DNA from: Ostreococcus lucimarinus
Lineage: Eukaryota
Reading direction: 5' to 3' (one strand)
Assembly: GCA_000092065.1 (NCBI GenBank)
Contig: CP000582.1
DNA: 64,000 bases
Positions within the stretch are counted from its first letter, which is position 1. Each line of letters begins with the position of its first letter. Positions 21,169-32,583 of the stretch are shown piece by piece. The translations under genes and the position numbers were made by a program. The notes beneath the pieces are model-generated. The model was given only the letters and a program-made list of their open reading frames with translations, ran no database searches and had not been told where the DNA came from.

Positions 21169-23555
21169 TTACTCAGACGCTGAAAAACACGTTAAAGATC
21201 TTAAATCACGCACGCTTTCATGTCGGCATGATAATAGATACTCAATCGCTCGTTGAATAATGATTTCATTCTCTGAATGCCCAAGACATTTCAAAGTTTG
21301 AACAAACTCGCCAACAAGTTCAATATCTTGTGCTTCTTGTAAGTATGGTAAGTAATACATAAGAAACCTCCGCTCGATGTCATAGGACGTCAACTTTGGT
21401 TTTATGGTGCACCACGACGTGTTTGTGAATATTCTGTGTGTTACGAAATAGCACTTCTCTTGAAATGCTTTCAATGATGTAAGTTGTGACTGTCTCTATG
21501 TTATGCACAGAATTTTAGAGAAAGTAAAATCCCTACCTCACGTTCCAACGACTCAACTGATGTAGTGCACATGTTTTCAACGGCCTCTTCACATATGCCT
21601 TCAACCTTCATCTCTGTTCCGCGAAAGAAGAAAGACCAAATCATGACTGAATTGAGCAGATCATAGGACAATGGAGTCGTCTTACTAATGCCTATGTAGT
21701 CATATAAGTGCCATCGAGGTGCAGCAGATCTTATACAATTTTCAAGTCCCCCAATATCGAATGACATTCTTTTCAGAGCGTACAAAGCTTCGTTTGAGTA
21801 CAGAATATCTTCAGGTAACATTGAAGCATCGAATGTTTTGTGCATTTGTAACCAATGTGTAGCAACACGTTTAGTTGCCTGCAAACAATACTCTCTTGTT
21901 CTACCCTGTGCATTAATCGAAAAGAAATAAAAGGACACTAAAATGTCGCTCCCCCACTCGGAAAAAAACGTGTCGCATGCTAGCACCTCCCTTTCCAAAT
22001 ACTCAAGCGCGTCATGGATAATGGTGCTTCGTTCTGTTAGTTTCGGAGTCCTTGCTGGATCATAATACAGCTCTGCACAACAGAAATTTACGTATGTGGG
22101 TCCCCAATGACTCAGCAGATACGCTAATGTTCGAGTCAACACTTCTTCGTGAACTGTGCTGGTTTCAGTAATACGAAGAACGGGTACAAGTTCGAGAAGC
22201 TTCTCGCCCAAGAGGGTGAACATGCCAATTTTTGCTGGTTGAATATCAAATCTGGGCAAACTTTGCCATTCAATAGTCCGTATTACTTTGATCGCAAGAT
22301 GACAGAGCGAACGGGTATCATAGTTCCAGGGCATGGATGCACAACTATTCACACTCGGAAAGTTTGCATGCGACGCCTCCACCGTGTGGCTGAGAGCCAA
22401 GCAGAAATCCATGTGCGAACTACCAAAAACTCTTCGCATTGAAACGATCGTAGAGTAAATATCGTGTAGACTAGGCCTAACATTAAATGAAGTTGAGAGG
22501 TGGTCTTCCACCGAGCATTTGATAAACTCTAACTCAACCATCGAAAGGCTTGTGCAAATGTACGGTGCCTCACCCCTTGCCACACAAATACCAGAAATAG
22601 CCAAAAGTAACTCATTCAATAGCCGCTTATAAACAATCTCATTCAAACCTTGATACATAGAAAAATTCTTTCGGTTTTCAATCGCCTGGAGTGCCCACGT
22701 ACTCGACACGTAAAAATTTGGAAGAAAAATGGGTTTCCCAATTTCTCTCAGCGACAGTTTCTTTTTGAGCAAGTCTTGAAAATAATTGCAAAGCCGCTGT
22801 GCACCTGCCTTCAACTTACTGATACAATCTGCAACTCTTCTCGTAACTGCTTGAGCGGTAGCACGCTCAACCAATTCCATAAAATCAGCGTGAGTTGCAT
22901 CACCATCAAGTGCGTTCTGCTCTGGTATGCAGAGAACAAGCTGAAGCACCTCTCTGGAAATACTTCTCCTAGTTGAAAGAAGATCATGCAGTGTATCATC
23001 AAAGTATATGAATGAACGCAACAAAAGGAAGCAACTCGCTTGCAGGTCTACAGGCGGCATTTCGCAAAAAACACTTGCTGTGTGAAAATTTAGCCATAGT
23101 CGCTCAATAATGGATTTGATTCCGTATTCAGGACCAGTCATCGTAGACGTGCATGAAACTCCATCTACAAACTCTTTCAAATGGGCCCAAACAATTCTAT
23201 TTACTGATTGAACTTGCACGAAGTCAACGCTTTTGTTCAAGCTAATGTATTCTTCATGCTCTACGGTGCGTGCAGGAAGCCTGGTCAACCATGTATGGTC
23301 GCTGTTTTCCTGAGAAAGATAACGAACCACAGGATACCTTTCTTGTAGATGTGTGAAGAACTCGTCGAAATTCTTCGCCAAAGAGATGCTCATCCTCTCG
23401 AGTACTGCCACAAGATTTGAGGGTTTATCACGGATCGCCGTGTAAGAGGACGAAGCTTGAGATGCTGACCTTAAGTTCTTGATCGTACTTAGTAAGTAGC
23501 TAACGAATAGATATTTAAGTTCATCAAAATCTTTCTGAGTTGTATTCATCGTCAT
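21169..23555 (-). CDS. Large hypothetical protein, mostly alpha-helical by composition. Exons are about 21501-23555 plus 21169-21474.
   Basis: A 684-aa uninterrupted ORF plus a downstream 101-aa ORF on the same strand. Codon usage matches neighbouring genes. I could assign no family motif. Confidence 0.45.
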
Positions 23556-23803
23556 CCTTGATCTTCAAAATATGTCAACAGTAGCTCTGACAAGTGAGGT
23601 GCCAGACTTACCTGCCAAATTCAACATTACGACTGAGCGCGAAATTCATGCTTTCTTCAGCATCCATTGGCTCGCTAGAACCAATATGGATGACGCAGAA
23701 TCTACACTGACGGCGAACATATTCATCAACATCACAAAAAACGTTATTGTTGGATATTGAACGACTGAGATTGACGAACTCATTGACACGTGCCTAAAGT
23801 GGG

Positions 23804-25102
23804 TTAAGATATGTTGAAATCTAAGCCACGTGACTTTACCTTAAGTAAACTTTCGGTGGAAATATCGTCAGCAGCTTTCTGGTACCGTTTATTGCAAACA
23901 CTCACGAGTCGAAATTCATCTTCTTCTCGTATCATTCTATGAAGGAACTGTTCCGTAAAAAGTTTTGAGAAGTCACCGTCGAGTTTCCTTTCATCACACA
24001 CGTGAATCAAACGTGTCGTGCATCCGATGATTTTCTTAATATGACAGGAATCGTCAAATAGCTCCCCTTCAAAACCTGGCAAATCAACAATTTCGACACC
24101 TGATTTCAAGCGAGTGCTCGGGATCTCGAGTGATATAAAATTCAGAAGTCCCCAGCGCGAGTGGTTACCACATGTCACGCTATGCAGAACATTCTTGATG
24201 TATACGAGATCTTGAAATGATGTGCAATTTTTTAAACTACAGGTAAAAACGCGCCCCAGAGTTGCCATAACGTGTTCTGGCAATAGAACATCATCGTCCG
24301 TTAGCTCGGTGATATCAAAAGAGGAGGGAAATCCTAGCATGGAAAGTGCTCGCTGAAGACGTTCATCTTTGTTTGAAATCAAAGACGGACAGAAGTTACT
24401 TTTGGATCCTACTGTACCACTGATGACACCTTCAAGATACAAAAGCTCGTGCTGTCTCTGAGACCTCTGTAAATTACGAGCCGCTAATAACTTCTTGAGT
24501 TCATTGTCAACTTGGGCGGGCGAAGCGTAGGCAAAAGTTATTCTTGCATGGTTACCATAGAATACGTGAATAGGTACTTTTGTAGTGCAAAGCATGTCTC
24601 CCTCCGGCAATATACCGGCGCTGACATCTTGCTTGTCGAGTTGTGGATAGAACTGAGGTAATCTGTTGTCACTTGTACCTAGCGAAGACCCAAGATGAAA
24701 TAACTGCGGGGTCCAGTAAATACTTTCATCGAAAGAATCAAGCACAGTTACTGTCAAACTTTCTTTCATTTTTTGTTCCGTCAGGGCAGGCTCAACTTTA
24801 GAGTCAAAATCGTGCCGTAGTAGCCAATTCAGTAGATGCGTCTTCCCACTACCAGAGCGACCGATGAGACAGACGGTGGTGTAATCTTGTCCTCTCGCAC
24901 GAGACTGAACTTTTTGCAGTTGTGTTTTGAGAAGTTCCAGTCCAGCGCTAAATTTGCCTTGAGCTTTGGAGTCGTCCTTCAGCAAAGAACGTTTGAGCGT
25001 CGAAACGGTCGTGCATAAGGAATATGCTTCTCGAAGTAGTGTAGTGGCATTATCCTTTTTACCCTCTGAATTGGAGCAACCCACGTGCTGAAAGTCTCGC
25101 AT
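23804..25102 (-). CDS. Atypical P-loop NTPase or GTPase, 432 aa, intronless
   Basis: Walker A/G1 motif LIGRSGSGKTHLLNWLL near residue 85. A dynamin-type G3-like motif VEIVDLPGF lies near residue 345. The spacing between them is unusually long (~260 aa) for dynamin- or IRG-type GTPases. Confidence 0.5.
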   Translation of the reverse strand: MRDFQHVGCSNSEGKKDNATTLLREAYSLCTTVSTLKRSLLKDDSKAQGKFSAGLELLKTQLQKVQSRARGQDYTTVCLIGRSGSGKTHLLNWLLRHDFDSKVEPALTEQKMKESLTVTVLDSFDESIYWTPQLFHLGSSLGTSDNRLPQFYPQLDKQDVSAGILPEGDMLCTTKVPIHVFYGNHARITFAYASPAQVDNELKKLLAARNLQRSQRQHELLYLEGVISGTVGSKSNFCPSLISNKDERLQRALSMLGFPSSFDITELTDDDVLLPEHVMATLGRVFTCSLKNCTSFQDLVYIKNVLHSVTCGNHSRWGLLNFISLEIPSTRLKSGVEIVDLPGFEGELFDDSCHIKKIIGCTTRLIHVCDERKLDGDFSKLFTEQFLHRMIREEDEFRLVSVCNKRYQKAADDISTESLLKVKSRGLDFNIS

Positions 25103-25136
25103 GAGAGGAAGAGAGGAAGAGAGGAAGAGAGGAAGA
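25103..25136. repeat. (GAGAGGAA)4 purine microsatellite immediately 5' of the NTPase start codon
   Basis: gagaggaagagaggaagagaggaagagaggaaga, read directly from the sequence. Confidence 0.8.
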
Positions 25137-25550
25137 CCAACAACCGCCAGACGTTTTGTCGGGAACCGAGAACAACGCGTTAGTTAACACGAACCAAATC
25201 TTGAGTGAAAGAGTCGAACAATATTAAACGCATTAGCAACTTGCAATTCTAGTATACTCACGGCCGCCGTCAAGCGACGTCCTCCTATGAAGTATAACTG
25301 AATTTCTGAATCTCGGTGACAACAAGCTCAAGTCGGAAACGCCAGATTCAGAGACCGCCATTTCTGTACAGTGTTTTTACTTTTTCGAGTCACCCTGCAT
25401 GTAACACTTTGCGCTGCCAACTCTTGGGACTCTTGGAGTAGAAGGCGATCTGATACAATCTGTAGCGAGTATTGTACGCACCGCTTCACCTCTAACTCGA
25501 GAAGCGTAATTGTGCACGTTTGTGGGGGAAAGTGTTTTGGGAGCTAAGTT

Positions 25551-26168
25551 TTGCAAGTTGCGTGTAAGACTAGGAAGCGCAACATGCTGGGAACAAAAAA
25601 ACCGCTCTTACTCGCACCCGGTGATCACTTTGAGTCCGATTCAATTCTGAACACCGCTGATATACCACATGTAACAATTAGTAGAACGTCGAAGCTAGTC
25701 CTGGGCCAGCGGCAAAATTTCAAGGTCAGAACCAGCAGTAGTCCAACACCAGGAGCGAACGTCATTGGCATCGTCACTAAAGTCTCACAGCAAAGTATTC
25801 ACGCCATGATCAATTCTTCGCTCGATGCTGAGATTCCAATTACCTGTCTTACTCACAGTCAGCGAAACGTGCGGGTAGGGTCTGCTATCCAAGCTACTGT
25901 TCAGTCGGTGTCGTCAAAGAAAGTTCTTTTGACTTTTGATGTAAACGAAAAAGGAGTCGCAAACGGCGTGCTTCACAAAGGTCGTGTATTTAGCTTCAGG
26001 CAGCAAGTATCTATGGGCTGCCGTTGTAAACGCTGGAAGATGCAGGCGAGAATGAAGGCGACTTGTCCCACAGACATTGTACTAAGTCTGAACCAGCAAA
26101 TGTGGTTACGAACGACGCAGCGCCGAAAAACACGCGACGTTCACACTCTATTACTGGAATGCATGTGA
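25551..26168 (+). CDS. Possible exosome component CSL4-like protein (S1/OB fold plus a C-terminal Cys cluster), uncertain
   Basis: A 205-aa ORF in a 1.5 kb gap. LLLAPGDHF, PGANVIGIVTKV...VRVGSAIQATV...VLLTFDVNEKGVANGV and the C-terminal CRCKRWKMQARMKATCP show weak collinear resemblance to CSL4. There is no strong motif. Confidence 0.3.
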   Translation: MQVACKTRKRNMLGTKKPLLLAPGDHFESDSILNTADIPHVTISRTSKLVLGQRQNFKVRTSSSPTPGANVIGIVTKVSQQSIHAMINSSLDAEIPITCLTHSQRNVRVGSAIQATVQSVSSKKVLLTFDVNEKGVANGVLHKGRVFSFRQQVSMGCRCKRWKMQARMKATCPTDIVLSLNQQMWLRTTQRRKTRDVHTLLLECM

Positions 26169-26628
26169 TGGACCAAGTCGACGCGTACTCCTTAAGCTTA
26201 AACTCCTGGAATTGGTGCACCAGTGACTAGGTCATAGACTGTACACCAATACGCGAACATGCATGAAGAGCTCTGTTTTACACCATATAATGTGGGCACT
26301 GCTCCGCGACACGACAACACTTCAGTCACCGTTTCGGATATAAGACAAAACGACGAACACGTGGACGATCGATTCCTTGTTCAATTGCAACGAAACTTCC
26401 AACTTCAACAGCACATGTTAGACATCAAGAGGCAGATGCTTCACTCGAGCGGTTGAGGCGATGGAAAAATGAAGGCGTGACGACATCAAACGGTTTGCTC
26501 AGAGGAATTGCTAGAAAAATGTATTAATAAGTCCTGATGAAATATCAATTGCCTGATAGCGGAAAAAACACCGAGAGTATTCAAAGAATAACTCCGTCGG
26601 GGGTAACCTAGGCACTAAGCGGGCCCAT

Positions 26629-28378
26629 TTAGCAACTACCTGTGATGTAGCACGGGTAGCTCTTCATCGGAGCGTAGGCACCTTGTGCGAAGAACGCCGC
26701 CGTGGAGAAGCCGACGATGACGAGGGTGATGATCCAGCCGAACACAGTTTTACCGATGATGAACCAGTTGATGCCCTTGCGGCCTTCGAGTAGGGCGACG
26801 CCGACGGTGGCACCAACTTGGCAGTGAGTGGTAGACAGCGGCCAGCCGAGACGGGATCCCATGATGATGACGCAAGCCGCACCAAGCTCGATGCAGATAC
26901 CGCGACTCGGGGTGAGCTTGGCAATCTTGGTACCGAGAGCGTGAAGAATCTTGTAGCCGTACAAGGCGAGGCCACAGACGATGCCGGCAGCGCCAAGACC
27001 GAGAATCCAATATGAATCGTCGCCCATTTCAGCTTCCTTCGAAACTTTACCGCTCTTGAAGACGACTACCATAGAGGCGAAGGGACCGATAGAGTTGGCC
27101 ACATCGTTGGCGCCGTGCGCGAACGAGTCGCAGCACGCGGTGAGGATTTGCAAGTATCGCATGCAAAGTTCAGTCTTTTCGTCAAACTTTTCGGCGTTTT
27201 CGTGGATCGCCAATACAGCCATGTCTTCGTCAAGAATGTCTTCAGCCTTGTGGGCGAGTGAAGATTCAAGATGATCTTGCAGAGCGTACCACATGCGACG
27301 CGGCGCGCCAAAGACACCGACAGGATACTCGCGCGGTTGACGGACGACCTTCTCTTCGGCCTTCTTGCCCGAACCACGCTCCGCCTTTTCGAGCTGTTGC
27401 TTCTCGAAGAGCTCATCGGTCGTCTTGAGGATGTAAGGGGTAACGAAGAAGTACGCAATAATGCCACATCCTCCGCCGATGCCGAACGCGATGGCGCACG
27501 CCGTACCGACCGGTGTGTCGTCGAGCTCAAGGAACTTGGCGCCCTTGTACACGATGAAGAAGATGTTGATGATGAGAGTGCACGCAAGCAACACTGGGAA
27601 CGCGACGGCAGTACGAGAATAAGAATGTTCGGAACGCATGACGAGAGTACGCAGGGTCACGAAGAAGACGAACGCAAAGGCGCCAGAGATGACCGGGGAC
27701 AAGAGCCAGGAGATGATGACGGCGACGACGCCTTTGACGTACGGGAATTCGTCCGCTTTCTTGGTCCAAATGACACACTCGCTACCACGCGCGACCAAAG
27801 TCATTCCAATCATACCACCAACGCACGAGTGCGTCGTGGAGACGGCCATTTCGAAGGCAGATGCGATGACGAGCCAGATGGCGACGGCAAAAATGACGCA
27901 TAGGCAGCCGTACATCAAGAGGCCGGGATCGTTCGCACCACCGGTACCGGCGAAGCATTTCTGGTTAGCAATGCCCTTGCGAATTGTCTTGACGACGTGA
28001 CCGCCCATGAACATGGCACCACAGAATTCAAAGATCGCGGCGAGGACTACAGCGTTTTTAATGGTCAACGCGCCGGACCCGACAGAGGTGGCGAACGCAT
28101 TCGCGACGTCGTTGGCACCTGTAGGTAAATACGATTGATCGCACGACGTCAGTGATGCTTCTAATACACTCCAATCGCACGTGTGCGACCAAGCCGTGTC
28201 ATTAAAGCCTATGAACGCGAAAGGTAAAAAGTGCGCGCATCGTGTGCGTACCGATGCCAAAGGCGGCGAAGAAGGCGAGGAAACTGCCGCAAACGACGAT
28301 CCATTCGAATCTCTTGGTTTCAGTAGCGCCGGCCAAAAGGTGGCGGGACGCTTGAGCGAGCGTATCCGAAGAGCTCAT
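26629..28378 (-). CDS. Inorganic phosphate transporter, PiT/PHO-4 family, 2 exons (intron about 28119-28248)
   Basis: GANDVANAFATSVGSGALT near the N-terminus and ...CCDSFAHGANDVANSIGPF... in the second half: the two PiT signature repeats. There are multiple TM segments. Exon 1 reads MSSSD...FLAFFAAFGIG, followed by a GTACGC...CTACAG intron. Confidence 0.85.
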
Positions 28379-28778
28379 CGTTGTGCGTGACGAGACGGCG
28401 CGCGACGTGTTCTGGCGGCGACCGCGCATATTTCCACGCGGGAATTTGAAAAGGCAAGATTCCGAGAATATTCCTTGCGGAACGAATTCACGGTTCGTGA
28501 ACCTCGAAAGAAGACGCGATTGGTTCCAATCGAGTCCAGAATCCAGGCTCGGGAGAAAATTCATTTGACCATATTGATAGAGACAAAATGGAACCATAGA
28601 GCATTAAATATGGGCGTTTAAGTGATTTTAACCTTTATCAGAGGTAAAAAAGTTTTTACAGATCTGTACCACCGGAGGACGACAAACCGATCGAGAGAGG
28701 GCCGTTCCCAGCGGGACTGCTACGGACGCAGTCGGACCACCTACTTCGCCCATCGCGTGTGCACACGGAGGAACACTC

Positions 28779-29222
28779 TTGAAACGCAAGAAAGCACAAT
28801 TCTGTACTGACTACATGACCACACGCAAGTTGGGGGTAGGCGTTGCCCAAAATTTCAGCAACTCCCAACGCTTGCGGGTACTGGCTCCTTGGGGTTTCAC
28901 AGGTCCAGTCTCCGACGTTGAGTGGAGAGATGTACCCGTACGAGCGGATGAATACCGATCACAATCTCCAGCGTCCTCTTCGCAAGTCGTGGTTCCACAG
29001 ACAACTACCTCGAAAGTTTATGCGACGAGGTATTATATTCGAGATAGCAGAAGAAACAATGTGTCTGAACTTCACGGTTCAACCTTCACAACTACAAAGA
29101 TAAGTAAGGAAACGCTCCGAGATCTGGCAAATACTCCTATGGATTCGGGACAGTACTACGGTCGTTTACGCATTCGTGAGTGCGTGAGCCTTCTCGACGA
29201 CCCCAGCGCTGGGTATGCCTGA
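28779..29222 (+). CDS. Hypothetical small protein (147 aa)
   Basis: An ORF occupying an otherwise empty 0.9 kb gap. No recognisable motif. Confidence 0.2.
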   Translation: MKRKKAQFCTDYMTTRKLGVGVAQNFSNSQRLRVLAPWGFTGPVSDVEWRDVPVRADEYRSQSPASSSQVVVPQTTTSKVYATRYYIRDSRRNNVSELHGSTFTTTKISKETLRDLANTPMDSGQYYGRLRIRECVSLLDDPSAGYA

Positions 29223-29284
29223 AAGCCGAAACTCGAAATTCTTGTACATAATATTCACAACACATTTTACGCACTTTCGATTCC

Positions 29285-29869
29285 TTAAAGTTCATTCGGT
29301 TGCATGTTTAAATAAGCAACACAAAGCTTCTCGATCAACTCTGAAGCGTCATCATCAACGATGAAGTTTGCCCTGGTTTTTGCTGAGACAAAACCCTCAG
29401 CCACAGTGTTGTCCAAGAACTTCAAGAGTGGATTGAAGAAACCGTTCACATTGAGTATTCCAATCGGTTTTTCATGATGTCCTAACTGACGCCAGGTTGC
29501 TATTTCGAATAATTCCTCGAGAGTGCCTAGGCCACCAGGGAGAGCGATGAATGCGTCAGCTCGCGCAGCCATTTGTGTTTTTCGTTCGTGCATGCCTGAT
29601 GTCACCACAACTTGACCTGGGGTCTTACCGCTTATTTCTTCTGGTTCGAGTGAATAAGGAATTATCCCTAGCACCGAGCCTCCATCAGAATTAACAGCTT
29701 CTGCGAGACTACCCATGAGACCGACAGAACCTCCGCCATACACGAGGGAGATGCCCCTCTTGACTAGCTCCCCTCCTAAAAGCCGCGCAGCGACCGAATA
29801 CGACGAGTTCGAACCCACCGACGATCCACAATACACGCACACGCACTCGATAGGACGCCGTTCGGTCAT
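29285..29869 (-). CDS. LOG: LOG-family protein (cytokinin riboside 5'-monophosphate phosphoribohydrolase / TIGR00730), intronless
   Basis: VCVYCGSS.G, LVYGGGSVGLMG and ALPGGLGTLEELFEIATWRQLGHHEKPIGILNVNGFF: the canonical LOG motifs. Confidence 0.8.
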   Translation of the reverse strand: MTERRPIECVCVYCGSSVGSNSSYSVAARLLGGELVKRGISLVYGGGSVGLMGSLAEAVNSDGGSVLGIIPYSLEPEEISGKTPGQVVVTSGMHERKTQMAARADAFIALPGGLGTLEELFEIATWRQLGHHEKPIGILNVNGFFNPLLKFLDNTVAEGFVSAKTRANFIVDDDASELIEKLCVAYLNMQPNEL

Positions 29870-31673
29870 ATTTAGCTCTTTTGAATACGTGAACGACCTG
29901 CTCTATAGTGAAGCTTCTGAGAAGATGTTCGTTCAACCTCTGAACTCTGGCAGCGGACCTTATAGCTTCGCTGATTTCACCTTCAGGCAACGGGTCGAAC
30001 GACCTAATAACTGATGACGATTCGTTCGATGCGTTTCGATAGTGAAGTATAAGCGAGGAAACTATGCACGTCTAGAAAGAACGCTGCGAGCGCCGCTGGG
30101 AGTTTGGAGTCGTGCACACATCGACAATACTACGAGATTTCATGTTTATACATGCAACTAATCCGGAGCAAGAACAAAACCGCAATACTGACACCTGCAG
30201 GACGCTCAGTTGAACAAAGTACCCTATCGAGGGCGCTTTGCCAAGATGTTTATGACTAGCGCTGCGAAAAGTAAAAGAAGTCAAAACTGTTTCTGCCTTG
30301 GTAAAACACTACGTACATATGAAAAGTGCGTTCAAACAGAACAATAAAACTACTGGACTGTAATCAGTGCGCATAGGTAGACTCGCCTGCTCTATAATCG
30401 AATTGGCTTGCTAAAGAAAGAAGTGGTGTTTAGTTTGAAAATGAACTCCAACAAAAGGCGTACCGAAATAGCGTCAGACACGCGCGCTCGGAACTGCATT
30501 ACCCTCGCAAGCTTCTTCGTTTGACGCGTACGCAATTCTTTCGGCTTAGCAGCAAAAGTAATCCGAGCCGAGTATTTTGAGTCAGAGACGAATAGACAAG
30601 TAGCTGTTCTGCGTTTAAAAGCCGATACAGACGTCTTTGGTACAAGTCGACCGTTTCTGAATCTGTCGGAAAGGTGGTTTGTAACAATCGGGCGCACTGC
30701 TCTATCCATGCACGCCTTTTTCACACCACTCCAGCTTTACCGGCGCTCTCTAGCCTCTTTGCTGTCGATGTCCGCAACAGCAGACAAGCGACAGCGACAG
30801 CGCCCGCGTCCCCGAAAAACGAGATCGATGATCATACTTTCTCATGGACATTAAATATGGTACAATTAGCTATTATGCGCGTGAAAAGACGAGTGCTATC
30901 ATACCCCGGTCACTAGCGGCCGCGTCAAACATCCGTCGCGTAACTTCCGGTGTTCATCAACGCGTGATGTCGCACAGTCGTCTCGTTGATCAAGTGACAG
31001 ACGCAGTTGTCGCCCAGGCAAGTCTACTTGTTGAAATTTCTGTTTGTGGCTAATGGCTTTTTAGTACTGCGCACAGTTCAGTGCAGTGAAAGCGCCAGCT
31101 TTGGAGGCGATTCGCGAGCTATTATGCCGGTAAATCTGCTTCATTAACGAATTCGTATGATGACGATAAACTTCGAAAAGATACTTGCGAGATATAAGTG
31201 CAACCGCTTGCGAAAAAGCCAACGCTTCGGTGCGTCACAGGTTGTTTTTGTTCTCACGAACTTTTTGACACATATGTACAGGGACGAACGCTCGTGAACA
31301 CTTTAGATGTACTAGAGATTCTTGCCCAAGATGGAAGCATTCTCGACAGTCTTTTCTTGCACGGACACACAGTAGTTGATAGGAATGATGCGTTGAATTT
31401 GATACGCCTTCCCGGTCAGTTTAGTTTGAAGCGCAAACCAAAAGTATTGTTTATTTTGTCTGAGATTCTAAACGTGATCGTCTAACCAGCTCGCAGCTCT
31501 TGGGAAAGATCTCAACAGTCAGAAGTACTGCACCCGCTTATGTGCCTTCTCATTTACAGGCGCTACCTGGGAAGAGTGCAGTGCGTAAGTCAATCAAGCA
31601 AGAAAGCACTGAATTAACGTCGGTAACTTAGCTCAGCAAGCATTCGATGGAGCCAAAACGAACAGTCCCAAAC

Positions 31674-32087
31674 TCATGTCATACTTTGGTGAGTCTTGTT
31701 TATCATCAAAACTTCCGCACTTACAACTTGTAGAAACTTGATGCTACGCCGACAAAACTTGAAATCGGAACTCAAGAAACTAGTACAATACCTAGTGACA
31801 GACTCTTCAGGAATCATGTCACGAAAAATATGAGCAGTATCACAGTAAGTTGCAATGTTCAACTGTGTGAATCGACATTTTCCTGACAAAATGTAGCACT
31901 TTAACGCTCGACATGGCTCCCAGTACCACATGACCACCGGTACCCCTTTGCAAATTATCACTAGTTCACCATTGTGGCTTATCAGTCTTTCAGGCGAATT
32001 TTGCGAACCTTCTGTGAACACAAAGTCCGGTTTCCATGCGGCCTCTTCCAGAGAATCTCTACTAGCACAAAACACTATTTCAGGCAA
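31674..32087 (-). CDS. Hypothetical protein (137-aa ORF, possibly with further exons)
   Basis: ORF only. The segment ...GVPVVMWYWEPCRALKCY... was not recognised. Confidence 0.25.
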   Translation of the reverse strand: MPEIVFCASRDSLEEAAWKPDFVFTEGSQNSPERLISHNGELVIICKGVPVVMWYWEPCRALKCYILSGKCRFTQLNIATYCDTAHIFRDMIPEESVTRYCTSFLSSDFKFCRRSIKFLQVVSAEVLMINKTHQSMT

Positions 32088-32583
32088 GTTTTCAGTTTAC
32101 GAAATTGGGCCTGCTGAAGGATGAAAGTTGCTGCTGCACAGTGTACGAGTAAGCTAAGTTCGTACTTTGTTCACATGTATCTATCTACACGTAGACTCAC
32201 ATAGTAACAACTCTCATTTAGCGGGACTATATTGCTACATTTCGACATTTCGCTCACTGCGATTGCCAAGATTCTATAGCAGTAAGGCAAGTATACGCAA
32301 TATTTAGGTTGACAAATAAATGTAAAACGTACATGCCCACAAACAATAGCGCCGCACCTCGACGTGGGTACTAGACATCTCTCTGAAGCGCAGTACAGGA
32401 TTGAATCGCACCATCTACAGTACTGATTTGACCGTTCGCAAAAAAAAATAATGTGATATCGTTTACAACACTTCGTTGTTACCGTCGCCTTCCCACAAAA
32501 AAATTTGAGGGCTTGACGACTCAATAGTGAGGTGCGCAGTGGTGTTTTCAAAGTCATGGAAACATATATGTGGCAACATAATT

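Noticed and set aside
26664-27903. Several 80-210-aa ORFs on both strands inside the phosphate transporter gene (e.g. 27271-27903 acidic, 27066-27587 Ser/Arg-rich)
   Set aside because: These are alternative-frame or antisense read-throughs of the GC-rich PiT coding exon. They are low-complexity with no independent support.
28485-28505. Palindrome ggttcgtgaacc and other GTTCGA-like strings, examined as possible tRNA T-arms
   Set aside because: No flanking acceptor-stem, D-arm or anticodon-arm complementarity could be built. No tRNA gene was confidently identified anywhere in the window.
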